Assembly: GCA_050259635.1 (NCBI GenBank)
Contig: JBLNBA010000004.1
Location: 11,005 to 75,004 of the forward strand
From: Bacillota bacterium
Lineage (GTDB): Bacteria > Patescibacteriota > Patescibacteriia > Patescibacteriales > UBA12465
DNA: 64,000 nucleotides
Reading direction: 5' to 3'
The position numbers and the translations under genes were made by a program. Positions 51,635-60,240 of the stretch are shown here, piece after piece. Every line of letters starts with the position of its first letter. Position 1 is the first letter of the stretch. The notes beneath the pieces were generated by a model, which saw only the letters and a list, made by a program, of their open reading frames with translations, was not told where the DNA came from and made no database searches.

Positions 51635-52633
51635 ATGGATATTTCTAGATTATCTTCAATATTACAGGGCGAAGCACGCTATCGTTTTAAACAAGCATAT
51701 ACGGCGCTTTATCGCGATCTCATTTCCAGCTGGTCTGAGGTCAGTGTCCTGCCTATTGCTCTGCGAGAACGCTTGGATGAAGAGTGCCCCCTTCTGATTG
51801 AGAGTTCTCTTTCTGGCGGAAAAAAGACTCAGAAGGCGCTGATTACATTTTCGGATGGGGCAGCGGTTGAAACCGTCCTTATCCGCCACCGAGACGGGAG
51901 AAATACGGTTTGTTTATCATCCCAGGCTGGCTGTCCGCTGAATTGCGCTTTCTGCGCCACGGGCGCTAACGGATTCTTGCGCAATTTAAGTTCCGGAGAG
52001 ATCGTGGAGCAGTTCTTCTTTTGGGCTCGCCATTTGAAAACTGAAGGAGGGAAGATAGATAATGTCGTGTTTATGGGCATGGGCGAGCCCTTCTTGAACT
52101 ATGACCAGTTTATCAAAGCGGCCAAGGATTTGAATGACCCCGAGAAATTCAGTTTTGCCTCCCGGCGCCTTTCTGTGTCTACCGCCGGCATTATCGAAGG
52201 GATAAGGAAGCTTTCGCGCGAGAAGATGCAAATGAATCTTGCTATTTCGCTCCACGCCGCTAATGATTCTCTGCGCCAGCAACTGATGCCTATAGCTCAG
52301 CGTTATCCCTTGGACTCTTTAATGAGGGCGGTGGATGAATATATCCGTCTCACCAGCCGCCGAGTCATGTTCGAGTACCTTATGCTTAAGAATATCAATG
52401 ATAGCGAGGATGACGCCCAAGAGCTAGCTCTCTTGATGAAAAAGCCGCTCCACCTCGTCAACCTCATTCCCTATAATCCGACCGGTCGGTTCCAGCCCTC
52501 AAGTCCTCAGCGGATAAAGGCCTTTAAGGAAAAATTAGAATCAGCGGGCATCGCCGTCACTTCGCGCCACAGCCTCGGGAATGAAATCGAAGGAGCTTGC
52601 GGCCAGCTCGCTGGAAAAAAACGAAGCAAGTAA
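51635..52633 (+). CDS. rlmN: 23S rRNA/tRNA adenine-C2 methyltransferase RlmN (radical SAM)
   Basis: CPLNCAFCATG radical-SAM cluster, GMGEPFLNY, C-terminal catalytic Cys (GACGQL). Confidence 0.9.
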   Translation: MDISRLSSILQGEARYRFKQAYTALYRDLISSWSEVSVLPIALRERLDEECPLLIESSLSGGKKTQKALITFSDGAAVETVLIRHRDGRNTVCLSSQAGCPLNCAFCATGANGFLRNLSSGEIVEQFFFWARHLKTEGGKIDNVVFMGMGEPFLNYDQFIKAAKDLNDPEKFSFASRRLSVSTAGIIEGIRKLSREKMQMNLAISLHAANDSLRQQLMPIAQRYPLDSLMRAVDEYIRLTSRRVMFEYLMLKNINDSEDDAQELALLMKKPLHLVNLIPYNPTGRFQPSSPQRIKAFKEKLESAGIAVTSRHSLGNEIEGACGQLAGKKRSK

Positions 52634-52667
52634 AGAAAAAAACCGCCTCTATTAATGGGCGGTTTTA
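52634..52667. terminator. bidirectional terminator between rlmN (+) and the minus-strand orphan gene
   Basis: AAAAAAAA-CCGCC...GGCGG-TTTT. The long A-run makes it stronger for the minus strand. Confidence 0.6.
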
Positions 52668-53543
52668 GGTAGTAATTTCAATTATCTTGCTTTTAAGCAA
52701 TTTAGTCACCTGACGGTGGCTTCCTTCAATCAGCAGTTCATTCTTGCCTTGGCACGGCAGATCAAAGAACAATTCAAGGTCTAGCACGGAATTTGTGCCT
52801 ATCCAAGTAAGCTCCCGATCCTTTTTCCGATACTGGAGAATGCAAAGATAGGGAAATGACTTTTGCGCTTGCAATTTAAGTACAGGCAGATCGAGCCAAG
52901 GAGAAATATTAGAGAGGTAACCGTAGGCTACCGGCCGGCCAGGAATATTGAATAAATCCTGGTTGGTGTTAATTTTCTCAAAGGCCGCTTCAGTCGCCAT
53001 ATCGACCCGCTGGCAAAAGTTAGCCAGCAGATCAATATCGGAGTAGCTACTTCCAGAGGCTATTTCCCTGGCAATACTCTCAAGCGTCCGAGTGTAAAAC
53101 CCTTCATCTTCCGTATTAGCCGCTTTGATTCTAGCGGCTTTAAGGGCAAAATAGTATCGCATCATTTCTGGTTCTGACGGGGGAACATCGGCTTTTATGG
53201 CCGTCACGTTCTTGGTCAAAGAGCCATCGGTGAAGATGATTTTTCTCAGTTTAATGGCCAGAGGATTGTTCTGGTTGGAATACTCTTGGCTATACAGCCT
53301 ATGCAGGCTGGTTTTGAGCTCGATTTTCCATGCATTGGCACAGATAAATATCTCCAGATCAGGAAAATTTTTTTCCTTGCCATCGAAATCGAGGAGACAT
53401 ATCTTCCGTGCTTCTATGCCCCACAAATCCCTCATTCTCCAGGCAGGATGCAGGCAGTACCCAGCTTTAAGGAAGGCGGCAAGGGCGAAAATCATTGATG
53501 TATCGCCCGGGAAATATGCAACTACATTTGTCTTCATGGGCAA
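52665..53543 (-). CDS. hypothetical 292-aa protein (possible degenerate DHH/DHHA1-like fold, very tentative)
   Basis: No confident motif. N-terminus VVAYFPGDTSMIFALAAFLKAG loosely resembles DHH motif I/II (PDGDAIGS). The position expected for DHH reads ANA. Lower GC than its neighbours. Confidence 0.45.
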   Translation of the reverse strand: MPMKTNVVAYFPGDTSMIFALAAFLKAGYCLHPAWRMRDLWGIEARKICLLDFDGKEKNFPDLEIFICANAWKIELKTSLHRLYSQEYSNQNNPLAIKLRKIIFTDGSLTKNVTAIKADVPPSEPEMMRYYFALKAARIKAANTEDEGFYTRTLESIAREIASGSSYSDIDLLANFCQRVDMATEAAFEKINTNQDLFNIPGRPVAYGYLSNISPWLDLPVLKLQAQKSFPYLCILQYRKKDRELTWIGTNSVLDLELFFDLPCQGKNELLIEGSHRQVTKLLKSKIIEITT

Positions 53544-53679
53544 TATTTTTTTAATGTTCGTGGCAGTTATTATAACATATTTGCTTCTTGGCGTAAAGCC
53601 TAAGATGAGGTTGGGGTTCAGTAGCCAAAAAGCGCTAAATCTGCTATAATTACTTGGCCTTTTAAATAATAATAATTAT

Positions 53680-54273
53680 ATGTTCACTTTAAAACCATTA
53701 CCTTACGCTTCGGATTCTTTGGCTCCTCATATTTCTAAGAAGACGATGGAATTGCATCATGATAAGCATCATAAGACCTACATCGATAATTTAAATGCCT
53801 TGATCAAGGACACTCCAATGGCTGATATGATCCTTGAAGAAATAATCCGGCAGAGTGCCAATGACGAAACGCGGGTATCGCTCTTTAATAATGCCGGTCA
53901 AACCTATAACCATTATTTTTTTTGGGACAGTTTGCGACCGGCCGGAGGAAGTCCTATGCCCGAAAGCCTATTGAAACTTGTGGAAAGGGATTTTGGCGGC
54001 TTTGACAAGATGGTTGAAGAGTATAAAGCGACGGCTCTTGGCCAGTTCGGAAGCGGTTGGGCCTGGCTTGTTTTGGATAACGGGAAGTTAAGGGTGATGA
54101 AGACCTCTAATGGCGAGCCGGTCTTCCTTCGTGAAGTCACTCCTTTGCTCGCGCTCGATGTTTGGGAACATTCATATTATTTAGATTATGAAAATCGCCG
54201 GGCCGATTACTTGGAAGCCGTCTTAAAAAACCTAATGAATTGGGATTTTGCGGCTAAGAATGCAAATCTCTAA
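53680..54273 (+). CDS. sodA: Fe/Mn superoxide dismutase
   Basis: LPYASDSLAPHISKKTMELHHDKHH, WAWLV, DVWEHSYYLDYENRR. Metal specificity was not determined. Confidence 0.9.
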   Translation: MFTLKPLPYASDSLAPHISKKTMELHHDKHHKTYIDNLNALIKDTPMADMILEEIIRQSANDETRVSLFNNAGQTYNHYFFWDSLRPAGGSPMPESLLKLVERDFGGFDKMVEEYKATALGQFGSGWAWLVLDNGKLRVMKTSNGEPVFLREVTPLLALDVWEHSYYLDYENRRADYLEAVLKNLMNWDFAAKNANL

Positions 54274-54276
54274 TTT

Positions 54277-55722
54277 ATGATTAAAAAATTGTTGATTGCA
54301 GGTTGGGCGGCGCTTGCCGCCTTATCTGCTTATACCAGTGTCCAAGCAGCAACAATCCCCGAACGCTTGTCTGGCCGGATCCTATTGCAAGTCCAGAGCA
54401 AGGGGGAGGCTTGGTATGTTAATCCGACGGACGGCTTGCGCTATTACCTTGGGCGTCCGCAAGACGCTTTTAGGCTGATGCGCAGCCAGGGCTTGGGAAT
54501 AAGCGAACAAGATTTCCGGCAATTTAGCGATAAGGGCGCAATCAGGCTTAAAGGCCGGATATTGATTAGAGCGCAGGCGTCCGGTGAGGCTTATTATGTA
54601 AATTCCTCGACCGCCCGCCTCGAGTATCTCGGGCGCCCGGAAGATGCCTTTTCGCTCATGCGGCGGCTGGGCCTGGGGATCAGCGATAGCGATCTCGCCC
54701 GCATACCCGCGGCGACATCCAGTTCCGCGATAACGGAAGGTCGCGCCTTCGAATGGCGTTTTGATAATAAGGAAGATAGCATGCAATATCAGCTGGATGG
54801 TCGGATATTTTCCGCTTATGCAGATGCCCCTAAAGTTCTTTCTTATTATGTCGGGCAAGAGCCGGAAGACCCGCGTGATTCATTCTATGGCATGTTCCTG
54901 AAGTTGCGGGCAGATGATTCTGATACTCTGGGCGTATTGGCGCAGTTGAAACGTAAGGCGGCCGCAGCCGGATATGATTCCGATAAGACGGCGGCTTATG
55001 CGATGTCATTCATCCAATACCTCCCTTATGACCGAGCCAAACTTGAGCCGGATAAAAATATTCCGTATTATCCATATGAGACCTTATATCTCGGCCGAGG
55101 CGTATGCTCGGATAAGACTTTTCTGGCCGTCCTTTGGCTGCGAAGCTTGGGATATGGAGCGGCAATCCTGGATTTTCCGGAGAGCAACCACTCGGCCGCC
55201 GGTATCGCTTGTCCCAAGGAAGATTCGATTGCCGGAAGCGGATACTGTTACATTGAAACTACCAATTATTTTCCGGTAGGCATCGTCCCGCCCTCGATCG
55301 CTGAAGGGCAGGCGGTAAACTCCGAGCCGGCCTTTGACCAGTTGTTCGATGCCTCGAGGCTCGGAAAGATGGAAATCAAACAGGCTACTGCCGGGAAGCT
55401 ATATCAAGGAGTTGCCGCAGTAAAAGAGGAGGCGACCGCTTTAAAGAACGTGAAGAGCTCTTTGGCGGATAAAAAGGCGGCGCTTGAGGCCTCTCAATCC
55501 GAGCTTGATCGACAGTACCAGGAATTGGAGTCGAAGCAGGTGGAGATTAACGCTTATCGCTCAGAGGGTAATATACCGGCATATAACGAGGCGGTACTAG
55601 CCTATAATGCTTCGGTTGCCTCATATCAGGAGAAAGCCAAGTCGTATAGTGTCCAGGTGGGTGCTTATAATCAGGAAGCCTCCGGTTTTAATGAAAGATA
55701 TCGCCGTTTTTATCAGATGTAA
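54277..55722 (+). CDS. secreted protein: tandem ~51-aa repeat module, transglutaminase-like Cys-His core, C-terminal coiled coil
   Basis: Signal peptide (LLIAGWAALAALSAYTSVQA). Two GRILxxxQxxGEAxYVN...YLGRPxDAFxLMRxxGLGIS repeats. GRGVCSDKTFLAVLWLRSLGYGAAILDFPESNHSAAGI has the Cys/His spacing of transglutaminase-like proteases. A/Q/E/S-rich coiled coil at the end. Confidence 0.65.
   Translation: MIKKLLIAGWAALAALSAYTSVQAATIPERLSGRILLQVQSKGEAWYVNPTDGLRYYLGRPQDAFRLMRSQGLGISEQDFRQFSDKGAIRLKGRILIRAQASGEAYYVNSSTARLEYLGRPEDAFSLMRRLGLGISDSDLARIPAATSSSAITEGRAFEWRFDNKEDSMQYQLDGRIFSAYADAPKVLSYYVGQEPEDPRDSFYGMFLKLRADDSDTLGVLAQLKRKAAAAGYDSDKTAAYAMSFIQYLPYDRAKLEPDKNIPYYPYETLYLGRGVCSDKTFLAVLWLRSLGYGAAILDFPESNHSAAGIACPKEDSIAGSGYCYIETTNYFPVGIVPPSIAEGQAVNSEPAFDQLFDASRLGKMEIKQATAGKLYQGVAAVKEEATALKNVKSSLADKKAALEASQSELDRQYQELESKQVEINAYRSEGNIPAYNEAVLAYNASVASYQEKAKSYSVQVGAYNQEASGFNERYRRFYQM
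54373..54705 (+). repeat. tandem coding repeat (2 x ~51 aa, 60-aa period) inside the secreted protein gene
   Basis: aa 33-83 versus aa 93-143. By eye about 28 of 51 positions are identical (GRIL, GEA, YVN, YLGRP, DAF, LMR, GLGIS). Confidence 0.8.
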
Positions 55723-55759
55723 TTACCTAATATTGGGATAAATTTTCTCAATCCTGCCC

Positions 55760-55788
55760 TTGACAGCCCTGTTATATTGCGATATATT
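55760..55788 (+). promoter_or_regulatory. candidate rpsB-tsf promoter TTGACA - 17 nt - TATATT
   Basis: Consensus -35 TTGACA at 55760-55765 and TATATT at 55783-55788. This implies a 5' leader of about 140 nt. Confidence 0.6.
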
Positions 55789-55876
55789 TAGGGGGTTGAG
55801 GATTTTCCCTCCGGATTAGCCTCTTTTTATTAAACATTTAATTAACTAACGCGTCACATCCGTAAAATTTCTTGGT

Positions 55877-55922
55877 CCGCTTAAGCGGGCTCAAGCGGAT
55901 GGAAGCTCCGCAGTAGCGGAGG
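55877..55922 (+). promoter_or_regulatory. structured rpsB 5' leader with alternative GCGG/CCGC pairings; the last hairpin sequesters the GGAGG
   Basis: CCGCTTAAGCGG palindrome (55877-55888), a second AAGCGG (55893-55898), and hairpin CTCCGC-agta-GCGGAG (55906-55921) whose 3' arm overlaps GGAGG (55918-55922). Confidence 0.4.
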
Positions 55923-55934
55923 ACAAAGAAAACT

Positions 55935-56630
55935 ATGCCAAAACTCCCGACTCTTGAAGAGATGTTGAAAGCGGGCATGCATTTCGGGCACAGGACTAAT
56001 CGCTGGCACCCGAAAATGAAGCCCTACATTTTTGCCGCTAAGAACGGTATCTATGTGATCGATTTGGAAAAGAGTAGCCAAATGTTGGAAAACGCCCTTA
56101 ATTTCATGAGCCAGCTAGTGAAAGAAGGGAAGTCTATTCTGTTTGTCGGTACAAAGAGCCAGGTTAAGGCTCCGATGAAGAAAATGGCGGAGATGACCGG
56201 CCAGCCGTATATTGTCGGTAAATGGCTCGGTGGCTATCTGACCAATTTCCCGGTGGTGAAGAAATCCGTGAAGAAGTACCAAGATTTGACGGAGAAACGC
56301 GAAGCCGGCAAACTCGATAAATATACTAAAAAAGAACGGCTCGATTTTGATCGCGAGATTAAGCGTCTCGGCGAACGCGTAGGCGGACTCACTTCACTCA
56401 CAAAGATGCCGGACGCGATTTTTGTCTGGGACATCAAGGAAGAAGAAACGGCTGTCGCGGAAGCTCGCAAGAAAAATATCCCGGTAATTGCCGTCTGCGA
56501 TACTAACGTCAACCCGGAGCTTGCTACCTATCCGATCCCGGCGAATGATGATGCGACTAAGACGGTTAAGCTCATTCTCGAAACGATCCAATCGGCGATC
56601 ATCGAGGCGAAGAAAGATCTCAAAAATTAA
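55935..56630 (+). CDS. rpsB: 30S ribosomal protein S2
   Basis: MLKAGMHFGHRTNRWHPKM, ILFVGTK, PVIAVCDTN. Confidence 0.95.
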   Translation: MPKLPTLEEMLKAGMHFGHRTNRWHPKMKPYIFAAKNGIYVIDLEKSSQMLENALNFMSQLVKEGKSILFVGTKSQVKAPMKKMAEMTGQPYIVGKWLGGYLTNFPVVKKSVKKYQDLTEKREAGKLDKYTKKERLDFDREIKRLGERVGGLTSLTKMPDAIFVWDIKEEETAVAEARKKNIPVIAVCDTNVNPELATYPIPANDDATKTVKLILETIQSAIIEAKKDLKN

Positions 56631-56638
56631 GGAGGGAA

Positions 56639-56674
56639 GCGCGCGCTCTCTAAAAGGGCGCGCGCGCCTATTTT
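56639..56674 (+). terminator. intercistronic (GC)4 stem-loop between rpsB and tsf (attenuator-like)
   Basis: GCGCGCGC (56639-56646) pairs with GCGCGCGC (56660-56667), followed by CTATTTT. Confidence 0.45.
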
Positions 56675-56680
56675 AAAAAT

Positions 56681-57469
56681 ATGGAGTTAATCAAGCAATT
56701 AAGAGAAATGACCGGCGCGGGCATGGTCGACTGCAAGAAGGCTCTTGATGAAGCCGGCGGTGACCTGACAAAGGCGGTTGAGATTTTGCGCAAGAAAGGA
56801 ATTGCTAAAGCAGCCAAGCGCGGAGACCGGGAAACCAATGAAGGGGTGGTGAAGATTGCGGTTGAGGGCAACGAAGGCTTCATTTTTGACCTTACTTCCG
56901 AAACGGATTTCGTCTCCCGCAATGAGAAGTTCCAGAACTTCGCCGACAAGGCCATGGCTTTAGCCTTGGCTTCCAAACCTGCCGATCTTGAATCATTCCT
57001 GTCTCTTCCGGTGGAAGACGGCAGCTTGAAGGAGTCTCTTGATATGCTCAGCGGGACTATCGGTGAGAAGATGGAGATCCGCCGTTTCGGACGCATAACC
57101 GGCCAGAGCCTTGCGGCATATTCCCATTTAGGAGGTAAACTCGGCGTTCTTATCGCCCTTGATACTCCTGGTAAGGAAGATCTCGCGATGGAATTGGCGA
57201 TGCAGATTGCAGCTGCTAATCCGAAATATGTCGATTCCTCCCAGGTTGATCCTTCTGAGTTAGCCAAGGAAAAAGAGATTTATCGCGAACAGCTGATCAA
57301 AGAAGGCAAGCCGGAAGCTATGGTCGATAAGATCCTCGAAGGCAAGGTCAATAAGTATTATGGAGAAGTCTGCCTGATTGAGCAGGAATATATCAAAGAC
57401 GATAAGAAAAAAGTTAAAGATCTCCTTGGCAGTGCCAAGGTGCTCGGATTTTTCCGTTTCGGCCTCTAA
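56681..57469 (+). CDS. tsf: translation elongation factor Ts
   Basis: N-terminal UBA-like LIKQLREMTGAGMVDCKKALDEAGGDLTKAVEILRKKG. Position after rpsB. Confidence 0.93.
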   Translation: MELIKQLREMTGAGMVDCKKALDEAGGDLTKAVEILRKKGIAKAAKRGDRETNEGVVKIAVEGNEGFIFDLTSETDFVSRNEKFQNFADKAMALALASKPADLESFLSLPVEDGSLKESLDMLSGTIGEKMEIRRFGRITGQSLAAYSHLGGKLGVLIALDTPGKEDLAMELAMQIAAANPKYVDSSQVDPSELAKEKEIYREQLIKEGKPEAMVDKILEGKVNKYYGEVCLIEQEYIKDDKKKVKDLLGSAKVLGFFRFGL

Positions 57470-57490
57470 AATAGAGATAAGCCAGCCCCT

Positions 57491-58375
57491 ATGAAGATCG
57501 CCCAGGTACAATTTTCGCCTTGGGATAAAATATACTGTTTTTCATTACCCGACGACCTTCAGGCCGGTGCGGGAGACTTCGTGATTGTCGATACCGAGTT
57601 GGGACGGGAATTAGGTAAAGTCGTTGGCTTTACTAACGACGCCCCGGCTGACCAAGAATTGAAACCCATCTTGCGGCTCGCTACTTTAGAAGACGCGCGC
57701 TCGGTCTATGACGAGGAGCGTCGTGAGCGGGCAATGGCTGTCTGCCAGGAGCTCATCGAGCGCCATGACCGAGGGATGAAGCTTATAGATGCCCGCTTTT
57801 CGTTTGCCGGCAATCGCCTGACATTTGCCTTTGTTGCCGAGGGCAGAGTGGATTTCCGCGACTTGGTTAAGGACCTTAATTCTGTTTTCAACCTAAATAT
57901 CCGCCTTTTGCAGATAGGTTCTCGCGATGAAGCCCGTTGCACCGGAGACTGCGGTCCCTGCGGCTTGAATCTCTGTTGCCGGAGCTTCGTCCGCGATTTT
58001 TCCTCTATTACCTCTGAAATGGCTGAAGCTCAGCAAGTAGTCCATCGGGGAAGCGATCGTATATCCGGGATGTGTGGACGTTTAATGTGTTGTCTCAGTT
58101 TTGAATATGAGGGATATAAGCAGTTAGCAGGAGAGCTGCCGCCGCTTGGCACCAGGATCAGGGTGGAGAACCGTACCGGCGTTGTCGTCGGACATCATTT
58201 GCTCAAGCAGACCGTGGATGTCCGCTTTGCCTCGGAAAACGAAGGTGAACGGGATTTAATCATCCAGGTGGACCCAAAGAAGCAGAGCCAGAGTAATAAG
58301 GAATCTGAAGCGAAGAAGGAAAAAACTGAATTTATCAATGAGCGTCCACGCCGGTCGCACAGACGCCAAAGATAA
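57491..58375 (+). CDS. PSP1 domain protein (RicT/YaaT-like)
   Basis: PSP1 C-terminal domain with Cys clusters CTGDCGPCGLNLCCRSF and MCGRLMCCLSFE. Confidence 0.8.
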   Translation: MKIAQVQFSPWDKIYCFSLPDDLQAGAGDFVIVDTELGRELGKVVGFTNDAPADQELKPILRLATLEDARSVYDEERRERAMAVCQELIERHDRGMKLIDARFSFAGNRLTFAFVAEGRVDFRDLVKDLNSVFNLNIRLLQIGSRDEARCTGDCGPCGLNLCCRSFVRDFSSITSEMAEAQQVVHRGSDRISGMCGRLMCCLSFEYEGYKQLAGELPPLGTRIRVENRTGVVVGHHLLKQTVDVRFASENEGERDLIIQVDPKKQSQSNKESEAKKEKTEFINERPRRSHRRQR

Positions 58376-58380
58376 TTAAG

Positions 58381-58404
58381 AAAGCCCCGATAGGGGCTTT
58401 TTTC
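58381..58404 (+). terminator. Rho-independent terminator
   Basis: AAGCCCC-gata-GGGGCTT followed by TTTT. Confidence 0.7.
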
Positions 58405-58473
58405 GCCTATATAAGATGTGGTATAATAAATAGATAGGTTAGCATTTATTCAAATATATTTAAGGTTAAAATT

Positions 58474-59481
58474 ATGCCAGCAAATGTCGCTATCAACGGT
58501 TTTGGCCGGATTGGCCGTGCAGTATTCAAAGCTATTTTGGATAAGCACCCGGAGCTTAAAATCGTCGCCATTAATGATCTCACGGATAATGAGACTTTAG
58601 CTCATCTTTTACAGAACGATTCCTGCTATGGCCGCTATCCAAAGACGGTTAAGGCGGATGCCAAGGGGCTGGTTGTGGCGGGGAAGAGATATGCGGTCTA
58701 TTCGGAGAAAGAGCCGGCTAATTTGCCCTGGAAGACGCTCGCTGTCGATATTGTTTTGGAGTGCACCGGTCGTTTCCGTGACGAAGCAGGGGTCTCCGGA
58801 CATCTGCAGGCAGGTGCAAAAAAAGTCGTAATCTCCGCTCCGGCGAAGGGAAAGATCAAGACTATCGTCTTGGGCGTGAATGACAAGGATTTGAAGGCTT
58901 CGGATAAGATCATATCAAACGCTTCTTGCACGACTAATTGCCTCGCGCCAGCCATGGCTGTGCTGAAAGAAAAGTTTGGCGTGAAGAAAGCGCTCATGAC
59001 TACGGTGCACTCATATACGGCGGACCAGAACTTGGTTGATGGACCGCATAAGGATCTTCGACGGGCTCGGGCTGCCGCTTTAAACATGGTTCCGACCACC
59101 ACCGGTGCGGCAGTGGCCGTAACGGAGACTATCCCTTCCTTGCGGGATCGTTTTGATGGCCTCGCGGTGAGAGTCCCTACTCCGGTCGGCTCGCTCTGCG
59201 ATATAGTGCTCGTTACCGCTAAGCCGGTGACGGCGGAGAAAGTAAATGCCGCCTTTCAAGAAGCGGCTAAAGGGAAACTAAAAGGTATCCTTGAGGCGTC
59301 CGATGAGGAGCTGGTATCGACCGACATCGTAGGCAATCCTCATAGCTCCATCATCGATCTGAAAAGCACGAAGGTGGTTGACGGCGATCTCTTAAAGGTC
59401 GTGGCCTGGTATGATAATGAGTGGGCCTATTCCTGCCGCCTGGCTGATCTCGCCGCTAAGATGTCTAAGCTGAGCAAATAG
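58474..59481 (+). CDS. gap: type I glyceraldehyde-3-phosphate dehydrogenase
   Basis: INGFGRIGR, SNASCTTNCLAP (catalytic Cys), WYDNEWAYS. Confidence 0.95.
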   Translation: MPANVAINGFGRIGRAVFKAILDKHPELKIVAINDLTDNETLAHLLQNDSCYGRYPKTVKADAKGLVVAGKRYAVYSEKEPANLPWKTLAVDIVLECTGRFRDEAGVSGHLQAGAKKVVISAPAKGKIKTIVLGVNDKDLKASDKIISNASCTTNCLAPAMAVLKEKFGVKKALMTTVHSYTADQNLVDGPHKDLRRARAAALNMVPTTTGAAVAVTETIPSLRDRFDGLAVRVPTPVGSLCDIVLVTAKPVTAEKVNAAFQEAAKGKLKGILEASDEELVSTDIVGNPHSSIIDLKSTKVVDGDLLKVVAWYDNEWAYSCRLADLAAKMSKLSK

Positions 59482-59502
59482 ACTATTAACCAATTTAACA
59501 AT

Positions 59503-60231
59503 ATGCCAACAACAACCAGGAAGGTTGCCAAACTGACTCCTTCCTTTGATCTTATCGGGGAATCCTGGAGGATTTATCGCCAAGGCTTCTTCGGTTTTAT
59601 TGGAATGTATCTTTGGGGATTAGCCGGTCTCATTCCTTTAGCGGCGGTAGCGATCCTTGCGGCCGTCCTTTATGCTTGGACAGGATGGAAAGACGCCAGT
59701 TTTTACGTCTTGTTCGGTGTCTTAGGTTTGGCGGGACTGGCCTGGGCCATTTATTACAGCGTCCGGGCGAAGATCGGCTGGCTCATCCTTATCAGGGATG
59801 GGTTTAAGGATGTGAAGGGGTCCTTTATGAAGGCGAAAGATTATTTCTGGCGATATTTTTGGGCATCATTGGTTGTGGGGCTGATCGTTTTTGCGCTCGT
59901 GTTTTTCCTTTTGGTGCCAGCTATAATTGCCGGCATATATTATGCCTTTGCTTTGATAGTAATCATCTTTGAGGAAAAACGTACTTTTTCTTCGATCGAA
60001 AGAAGCTATGATCTGGTTAAGGGATATTGGTGGCCGGTGTTTGGGCGCTTTCTCCTCGTGGCCCTGATCGCTTTATTGGTGTCTTTTTTCCTCAATCTTC
60101 CCGAGCCATATATTACCGGCTGGGTGCATAGCGCTTATGTCGCCCTCATAAATGTATTTTGGGCTCTGGCCGGACCCTTCTTTCTTGTATATTCTTATAG
60201 GCTTTATAACGACGTGAAAGAGATGAGATAG
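59503..60231 (+). CDS. hypothetical polytopic membrane protein
   Basis: 242 aa, 5-6 hydrophobic helices, aromatic-rich. No motif recognised. Confidence 0.55.
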   Translation: MPTTTRKVAKLTPSFDLIGESWRIYRQGFFGFIGMYLWGLAGLIPLAAVAILAAVLYAWTGWKDASFYVLFGVLGLAGLAWAIYYSVRAKIGWLILIRDGFKDVKGSFMKAKDYFWRYFWASLVVGLIVFALVFFLLVPAIIAGIYYAFALIVIIFEEKRTFSSIERSYDLVKGYWWPVFGRFLLVALIALLVSFFLNLPEPYITGWVHSAYVALINVFWALAGPFFLVYSYRLYNDVKEMR

Positions 60232-60240
60232 CTATATATT

